DNA of 64,000 nt from a bacterium (GTDB taxonomy: Bacteria > Patescibacteriota > UBA1384 > CAILIB01), in assembly GCA_037131105.1 (NCBI GenBank), contig JBAXRQ010000001.1, positions 386,039 to 450,038 on the forward strand, in the 5' to 3' direction. Below the pieces are notes generated by a model. It made no database searches. It had not been told where the DNA came from and saw only the letters and a list, made by a program, of their open reading frames with translations. A program made the position numbers and the translations under genes. Of the stretch, positions 57,823 through 64,000 are shown one piece after another (the first letter of the stretch is position 1; each line of letters starts with the position of its first letter).

Positions 57823-58435
57823 TGGTCTGACCTTTATTCTTTTTTCGCTTTTGGTTGCCTAGGTGGCCGAGGGTGGGAAGAAGGGAGGCGACGATGATCA
57901 GCCCAACTATGGGAAGAATGTAGTGGTCGATGTTTGGAACGGCTGAGCCAAGGGTGTAGCCAGCCAGGCTGATGCTAAACACCCAGAGTAGGCCGCCGAT
58001 GACGTTATAGAAAAGGAAGGTCTTATATGGCATCTCGGCGATGCCGGCGATGATAGGGGCAAAGCAGCGGACGAATGGCACGAACCTGGCAAGTACTATA
58101 GTCTTCTTGCCGTACTGCTCGTAGAACTCGTGGGCCTTCTCAAGGTTCTCCTTCTTGAAGAGATGTGAATTTGGCCGATTGAAGAGGGCGGGACCAAAAC
58201 GCCGACCGGTCGCGTAGCCCACTGAGTCTCCTAATATGGCGGCGGCACTGGCCACAACTAGAAGAAGGAGGATGTCCAGCCTACCCTGGGAGGCCAGTAG
58301 CCCTAGTGTAAAGAGGAAGCTGTCGCCGGGAAGGAAAAAACCGATGATGATGCCTGACTCCGCGAAAATAATGGCAAAGATAAGGACGAATCCGATGAGG
58401 TAGCCTGCCTGGAGAATGAGACTAGTGTATGACAT
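57815..58435 (-). CDS. DedA/VTT family membrane protein
   Basis: FAESG...LPGDS, GDSVGY, ARFVPFVR. Confidence 0.93.
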   Translation of the reverse strand: MSYTSLILQAGYLIGFVLIFAIIFAESGIIIGFFLPGDSFLFTLGLLASQGRLDILLLLVVASAAAILGDSVGYATGRRFGPALFNRPNSHLFKKENLEKAHEFYEQYGKKTIVLARFVPFVRCFAPIIAGIAEMPYKTFLFYNVIGGLLWVFSISLAGYTLGSAVPNIDHYILPIVGLIIVASLLPTLGHLGNQKRKKNKGQTNG

Positions 58436-58458
58436 GCCGTAAGTATAGCAGAGCCGTC

Positions 58459-59532
58459 CTACTCCTGGCGAGTGGCGGGAAGAAGTAATGCCTCGACCTC
58501 TGCTAATCCGTTGACTCGCATGAGGGAAGTGCGCAGCTCCTTGGCGCCTTCGAAGCCTTTGACATAGTCCAGAAGGTGTTTGCGCATTCTGACGAAGGCG
58601 GCGGGGGGAAAGGCCGCATCGAATAACCGGGCATGCTCCAGGGCGACCTGAAGTCGCTGAGTGAGGCTGGCGTTCTCGCCGGTGAATACCCAGGGATTTC
58701 CCTGGCTGGCCCTGCCTATTAGTACGCCGTCGACCCCGTATATCGATATCTTCTCATGGGCGTCGGCTAGACTGCTAATGTCACCGTTTCCCAGAATCAA
58801 GGTGGGGGTCTGACGTACTAAGGTGGCTGCCTTTCCTATGGATTCCCAGTCGGCATCGCCAGTGTAGAGCTGCTTCAGAGTGCGCCCATGCAGAGAAATG
58901 GCTGCCGGCTTCGACTCAAGTAGATGTGATATCCAGGTCTCTACCACTGGCTGGTGGTATCCCATGCGAGTCTTTACAGAGACAGGGCGGGCGGACGGAC
59001 GCTCATCAGCAATTCCTAGTCGGTGACGTCGGAGGTTGATTTCAGGTAAAAGGGATTCAGTAACCCCAGCTTCCTCTAGGGTGATTCCATCGGTCCAGGC
59101 CTTGGCGCCTGCTTTTGCGCGTTCAATGATGTGACTAGCCCGTTCAGGATCAAGGATGAGTGCGGCTCCAGCTCCGTGACTGGTCACGTTTTTAGCAGGA
59201 CAGCCCATGTTTATGTCGATGCCGTCGAAGCCCAGGGCAGAGGCAACTACTGCTGCCAGGAAGAAGGCCTCAGGATCGGCACCGAATAGCTGGGCGACTA
59301 CCGGCCTCTCAAGAGGATCGTAGAGGAAGTCATCCAGTAGACGGGTGGCGCCGGCCCGGATACCTTCTACTGAGGTGAATTCAGTGACGGTGAGAGCTGG
59401 ATGTCCGTAGCGGGCGGTAATCAGACGGTAAGGTGCGTCGGTGACGCCGTCCATGGGGGAGAGCCCGATGATGGGAAATTCTAGTTGACCCCAAAAGCCG
59501 CTGTCGGCACGGGGGAGAGGGGTTCTTGGCAC
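58459..59532 (-). CDS. dus: tRNA-dihydrouridine synthase
   Basis: SPMDGVTD, DINMGCP, VKTR.G, HGRT, GNGDI. Confidence 0.93.
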   Translation of the reverse strand: MPRTPLPRADSGFWGQLEFPIIGLSPMDGVTDAPYRLITARYGHPALTVTEFTSVEGIRAGATRLLDDFLYDPLERPVVAQLFGADPEAFFLAAVVASALGFDGIDINMGCPAKNVTSHGAGAALILDPERASHIIERAKAGAKAWTDGITLEEAGVTESLLPEINLRRHRLGIADERPSARPVSVKTRMGYHQPVVETWISHLLESKPAAISLHGRTLKQLYTGDADWESIGKAATLVRQTPTLILGNGDISSLADAHEKISIYGVDGVLIGRASQGNPWVFTGENASLTQRLQVALEHARLFDAAFPPAAFVRMRKHLLDYVKGFEGAKELRTSLMRVNGLAEVEALLLPATRQE

Positions 59533-59584
59533 TGAAAAAAGTTGTTACAATAGGAATATCAATAGTAGCAGATAATTTCACCTG

Positions 59585-59878
59585 ATGCCTAAGTCTTCTC
59601 ACGTCGACAAGGACTTCACTGACTTCGAGAGTCCGCACGAAGCTAGTGTCGATCGACTGATAAAGGCGGTAGACCGGGCTTACCATCGCCCTTGGCTGAT
59701 GATGTGGCGCAGTTTTTTACAAGGCATGATGGCCGCAGTAGGCGCCATGTTCGGAACTGCCGTCGTGGCCGTCGGCCTTGTCTACCTGTTCCAAGCGTTG
59801 GGGGGCATCTCCCTTCTGAAGCCGTTTACCGACAGTATAGTCCAAAGTATTGACGCCCGTACCGGTGTCTCCAAATAG
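59585..59878 (+). CDS. DUF5665-like small membrane protein
   Basis: RPW.MMWRSFL.G...G...G motif. Confidence 0.7.
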   Translation: MPKSSHVDKDFTDFESPHEASVDRLIKAVDRAYHRPWLMMWRSFLQGMMAAVGAMFGTAVVAVGLVYLFQALGGISLLKPFTDSIVQSIDARTGVSK

Positions 59879-59902
59879 AATCTAATCCCTTAGGTTCTTG
59901 CC

Positions 59903-61378
59903 ATGTCCTCCCATCCCACCACTATTTTGCTTTTCGGAGCTACCGGCGACCTGTCTCAGCATAAGCTGTTTCCTGCCTTGGTTAGGTTAGCTGACGATGT
60001 ACGAACCGAGCCGGGCCTTAGCATCATTGCTGTCGGCCGTCGTCCTTATGAGCGCAGTGACTTTCAGGACCAGGTACGAGCCAGCCTAGTAGAGGCGGGT
60101 GACTTTGACGAGGCGACCTGGCCTGGTTTTGCTGAGAGGATACAGTATTACCGGATGGACTTTACCGATTCCGGTTCGTATGAGGGTCTAAGGGACTTTC
60201 TGCTTGCTCAAGAGGAGTCCAAGGGTACCTGCCAGCGGGTATTCTATCTAGCAGTATCGCCTGAAACCTATGCTACGGTTATAGACTCGCTGGCGGAAAG
60301 CCGACTACATACGGCCGGAGATCCTTGCTGGAGCCGCATAGTCATTGAAAAGCCCTTCGGTACCGACCAGGCCAGCGCGCAGGACCTGGACAGAAGGATC
60401 GCCGCCCATTTCACAGAAGACCAGGTCTACCGTATCGATCATTACCTGGGTAAGGAGACCGTGCAAAACCTCCTGGCCTTCAGGTTTGCTAACCGCATTA
60501 TGGAGCCAATGTGGTCAGGAAAGCACATTGACCATGTTCAGATCACCGTTGCCGAGGAGGACGGCATCCGGCAGCGGGGGGCTTACTATGACCAGGCCGG
60601 GGCCTTCAGGGACTTTGTACAGAACCATATTCTGCAGCTGCTTTCCTTTATTGCCGTCGAGGAGCCTTCTGAGTTCTCCTTCGCAGAGCTTTCCGACAGG
60701 AAACAGGAGGTACTTTCGCAGCTACGGATAGATCCCGAGCGCCTGGTTTTCGGTCAGTATGCGGGATATCTTGATGAGTCTAAGGTGTCGCCAGATAGCC
60801 AGACGGAGACCTTTGCCATGGCATGTTTCTTTATAGACAATGAGCGCTGGAAGGGAGTGCCGTTCTATGTACGTACCGGTAAGCGACTTGCTCGCAAGAT
60901 CACTGAGGTTTCCATCCAGTTTAAGCCGGTCGAGCGCCCTCTGTTCCAGAACGTTGATAGCAGCTATGATAGCAATCTACTGACCTTCCGCATCCAGCCT
61001 GACGAAGGTATCAGTCTACGTCTTGCCGCCAAGACTCCCCGCGAACGTATGCAGGTGGAATCAGTACGGATGGAGTTCTGTTATTCAGCCAGCTTTCCAG
61101 CCCGTCTTCCCGACGCCTACGAACTGGTGTTCCAGGACGTGTTGGAGGGGGAGCAGATTCACAGTCTTCGAGCCGACACGATTGAAGAGAGTTGGAGAAT
61201 AGTCGACCAGATTCTTGCCCGGAAGAACTCCCTGCCACTGCATACGTATGCGGCAGAAGGATGGGGGCCTGAAGAGGCCGACCGAATCATGGAGCGGGAC
61301 GGACGACGCTGGCTGGCCCATGAGAGCCAGGTTTGCAACGGAGTCACCGTAGAGTCGGGATACACAAGCAACAACTAA
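59903..61378 (+). CDS. zwf: Glucose-6-phosphate dehydrogenase
   Basis: GATGDL, EKPFG, RIDHYLGKE, RTGK. Confidence 0.97.
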   Translation: MSSHPTTILLFGATGDLSQHKLFPALVRLADDVRTEPGLSIIAVGRRPYERSDFQDQVRASLVEAGDFDEATWPGFAERIQYYRMDFTDSGSYEGLRDFLLAQEESKGTCQRVFYLAVSPETYATVIDSLAESRLHTAGDPCWSRIVIEKPFGTDQASAQDLDRRIAAHFTEDQVYRIDHYLGKETVQNLLAFRFANRIMEPMWSGKHIDHVQITVAEEDGIRQRGAYYDQAGAFRDFVQNHILQLLSFIAVEEPSEFSFAELSDRKQEVLSQLRIDPERLVFGQYAGYLDESKVSPDSQTETFAMACFFIDNERWKGVPFYVRTGKRLARKITEVSIQFKPVERPLFQNVDSSYDSNLLTFRIQPDEGISLRLAAKTPRERMQVESVRMEFCYSASFPARLPDAYELVFQDVLEGEQIHSLRADTIEESWRIVDQILARKNSLPLHTYAAEGWGPEEADRIMERDGRRWLAHESQVCNGVTVESGYTSNN

Positions 61379-61388
61379 CGAATTACCT

Positions 61389-62306
61389 ATGGACGTAGCT
61401 ATAGTTGGTCTTGGTAGAATGGGTTCCGGCGTCGCGAAGCGCCTGTTGGACGGCGGCCACGCGGTAAGGGTCTATAACCGCACAGCCAGTAAGAGTGATG
61501 AGCTGGCCAAGCAGGGGGCAACTGCGCTATCCAGTCTTCAGGAACTAGTGAAGGCCCTGCCTGCCCCGCGTACTATATGGATGTACCTACCTTCCGGCGA
61601 GACTACCCGCGAGCATGCCGATGAGCTACTGGGTTATATGGAGAAGGGTGACGTCCTGATCGATGGTGGAAACAGTAACTTTCAGATGACTCTGTCACTC
61701 TCTGAGGCCGCTCTGAAGAAGGGGGTGACCCTTCTTGATGTCGGTACCAGTGGCGGCTTAGCCGGAAAAGATGAGGGCTACTGCCTGATGATTGGCGGTG
61801 ACAAGTCCTCAGTGGAGCGCCTGGCCTCCCTATGGGGATCGGTAGCTCAGAAGGAGGGCTACCAGTGGGTGGGACCTTCGGCCAGCGGTCATTATGTGAA
61901 GATGGTTCACAATGCCATCGAGTACGGCATGATGCAGGCGTATGCAGAGGGAATGGAATTGCTCGCATCTAGCCAGTTTGGCAAGGATCTTGATCTGGCC
62001 GCCGTTACCGAAGTATGGCAGCACGGCAGCATTATTAGATCGTATATAGGGCAGCTACTTAACGAGGCAATGGAAGAGGATAGCTCGCTTTCCACTATCG
62101 GCGCCCGGATCGATGATAATGGTGAGGGTCGCTGGAGTATTGAAGAAGGACTGCGACTCGGGGTCCCTACTCCCGTCATTACCGCCTCACTCTATGCTCG
62201 CTATCAGTCGCGTATTCAGAACAGCTATGCGTATCGGGTGGCCGCGGTGATCCGTCATAAGTTTGGTGGTCACGCTCTGGCTCCCGCTACAGAAACCACC
62301 CGATAA
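61389..62306 (+). CDS. gnd: 6-phosphogluconate dehydrogenase (short YqeC/GntZ-type)
   Basis: GLGRMG, IDGGNS, GHYVKMVHNAIEYG, FGGH. Confidence 0.95.
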   Translation: MDVAIVGLGRMGSGVAKRLLDGGHAVRVYNRTASKSDELAKQGATALSSLQELVKALPAPRTIWMYLPSGETTREHADELLGYMEKGDVLIDGGNSNFQMTLSLSEAALKKGVTLLDVGTSGGLAGKDEGYCLMIGGDKSSVERLASLWGSVAQKEGYQWVGPSASGHYVKMVHNAIEYGMMQAYAEGMELLASSQFGKDLDLAAVTEVWQHGSIIRSYIGQLLNEAMEEDSSLSTIGARIDDNGEGRWSIEEGLRLGVPTPVITASLYARYQSRIQNSYAYRVAAVIRHKFGGHALAPATETTR

Positions 62307-62315
62307 CTTATCACG

Positions 62316-63311
62316 ATGCTATCTTTTCTACGAACCAGCCGCATCGCCCTCGTCGGGGTTGCTCTCACGCTTTTGGGGTCTAGCCTGCTTATATCAGCCC
62401 CCGTTCTGGCTAGCCAGGCACGCCAAGTAGACGCTACCTATCGTATTGAGAAGGGTCAAACAGTCACTGGTAACCTGTATCTTAACGCCAGCGACGTAGT
62501 CATTGACGGAACCTTAAACGGTGACCTTGTTGCGGCTGCCAAGAGCATTACCATCAATGGTACGGTGACTGGAAGCCTTTTGGCTGCTTCACCTGATATT
62601 ACGGTGAACGGAACGGTTGAGGGGAGTGTGCGGACCCTTAGTCAGCATCTTATCCTGGCAGGAACCGTGGGGACCGATGTGACAGCAGTTTCCGACCGTC
62701 TGGAAGAGAGAAAGACGGCTGTCATCGGTGACAGCCTGTATTTTGTGGGTAATACAGTGCAGGCTGATGGTCAGATAAAGGGAGACAGGCGTACATTTCT
62801 CAGTAGTGACCTGCCAGCTCCTACCTTGGCCGAGGAGCTCTATGCCGCCGCGATGGCATTCTTGGGCCTGGCGCTGCTTGGGCTGGTGGTCTACTCGCTT
62901 GAGCCGCAGTCTGAGACCCGGGCCATTCATGACCGGTTGAAGGCTGACTTCTGGAAGAGTCTACTGGTGGGGGTGGGAGCTATTCTGCTTGGACCGATAG
63001 CCGTAGTACTGCTTTTGATCTCAAGTATCGGTCGACCTCTGGGAATACTCTTGCTAGCAGGTCTTGTTACCTTTTTGACACTGGGACTTGCTGATGCCGC
63101 CTTTTTCATCGGGAGGCTGGTCTTGTTCCGGGTGGCGGTATCACCTCGCTATGAGTCAGGAGTATTTCTCCTGGGCGCACTTCTGATTATTATCCTGTCT
63201 AACCTCGGCCTTGTGTTGGTGGCAAGCCTCATAATCGCTGCAGCTTTAGGAAACAGGCTACTTGGACTGGGTCTGAAATGGCAGCTGCCCTTAACGTCCC
63301 GCCGTGGATAA
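62316..63311 (+). CDS. Membrane protein with bactofilin-like beta-helix repeats and C-terminal TMs
   Basis: Repeated I.G.V.G(D/S) units after a signal peptide, then hydrophobic helices. Confidence 0.75.
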   Translation: MLSFLRTSRIALVGVALTLLGSSLLISAPVLASQARQVDATYRIEKGQTVTGNLYLNASDVVIDGTLNGDLVAAAKSITINGTVTGSLLAASPDITVNGTVEGSVRTLSQHLILAGTVGTDVTAVSDRLEERKTAVIGDSLYFVGNTVQADGQIKGDRRTFLSSDLPAPTLAEELYAAAMAFLGLALLGLVVYSLEPQSETRAIHDRLKADFWKSLLVGVGAILLGPIAVVLLLISSIGRPLGILLLAGLVTFLTLGLADAAFFIGRLVLFRVAVSPRYESGVFLLGALLIIILSNLGLVLVASLIIAAALGNRLLGLGLKWQLPLTSRRG

Positions 63312-63312
63312 T

Positions 63313-64000
63313 GTGGCGACAGAAACCCGTCAAAGACGTACCCTGGATCCCCAGCATCCTTTGAAGGGTGTGAGCTGGAATCTGCTCGTCTCATTGGTCA
63401 TTCTGGGTGCAGTGGTCGCCTACTATATAAAACACTATGGGGTGGGGACTCAGGTGATCACTACGTTTCTTTCGGTTCCACCCTATCTGGTAGTGGGGAT
63501 GCTTCTCACCCAGATCCTGTACGTTGTCATTCAGGGAGGGTTCTTCAGGAGTTTGTACCAGGCGCTAAGTCAGAGGCGCAGCCTCCTATTCTCCTCGTCA
63601 CTGTTTCTTAGCATGAACCTGGTAAATACGGTGGCGCCGGTGGTCGGTCTTTCGGGCTCATATTTCATGGTCAGCTTTGAGCGCCAACGGGGCATGAGTC
63701 GCTCTGTAAGTGTACTCATCAACTTCCTCTATTATCTCATCGACTACGTGGTCTTCTTACTGGTACTGGTGGTCGGGCTGTGGATGCTGCTCTTGTGGGG
63801 CAAGATAACCAGTACCATACTGATAACCTCGCTGGTTTTTACGGTGTTTGTGGCAGCCTTTGTCTGTGCGGGCCTTATCCTCCTCTCGCATCCTACTGCC
63901 CTGCGCAGGCTTCTGGGTTGGATTAGTCGAGTGGGAGGACGCTTCAGCTATCGAAAGCGCCCCATCTATGCGGGAGCCAAGGTTAGTCGCTTTGTTGAAA
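63313..64000 (+). CDS. Lysylphosphatidylglycerol-synthase TM / flippase-like protein, 3'-truncated
   Basis: Open hydrophobic frame to the window end (NLVNTVAPVVGLSG); not in the ORF track; start codon uncertain. Confidence 0.7.
   Translation, partial: MATETRQRRTLDPQHPLKGVSWNLLVSLVILGAVVAYYIKHYGVGTQVITTFLSVPPYLVVGMLLTQILYVVIQGGFFRSLYQALSQRRSLLFSSSLFLSMNLVNTVAPVVGLSGSYFMVSFERQRGMSRSVSVLINFLYYLIDYVVFLLVLVVGLWMLLLWGKITSTILITSLVFTVFVAAFVCAGLILLSHPTALRRLLGWISRVGGRFSYRKRPIYAGAKVSRFVE

Noticed and set aside
1-64000. Genome-wide alternative genetic code (TGA=Gly/Trp)
   Set aside because: Many conserved genes (cyoA-D, nrdA, crtB) end properly at TGA and have no internal TGA.

Overview
Gene-dense bacterial chromosomal segment, moderately GC-rich and read in the standard code (TGA is used as stop). 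Its content suggests Patescibacteria/CPR (inference): a CPR-type pilin, DUF5665, PKD-like surface proteins, a cyo operon and many apparently leaderless genes. It opens with a defence/accessory block: type I R-M hsdS-hsdR, a NYN RNase gene with a self-promoted structured antisense RNA over its 3' end, and an orphan PafA-like ligase bracketed by identical 25-nt hairpin repeats. Next comes an O2/redox-oriented set: cyoABCDE, an orphan EgtD-like methyltransferase, trhO, msrB-msrA, an FMN-binding protein/ApbE/RnfD-FNR flavinylation module, a C50-carotenoid cluster, a class Ic-type (Mn/Fe) RNR whose R1 lacks the C-terminal cysteines, and zwf-gnd. There are also a chimeric Clp ATPase with a palindromic operator, housekeeping genes and several single-gene ORFan units with their own promoter, SD and terminator. 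No tRNA, rRNA, CRISPR array or transposase was recognised. All family calls come from motif recognition by eye, with no database searches.
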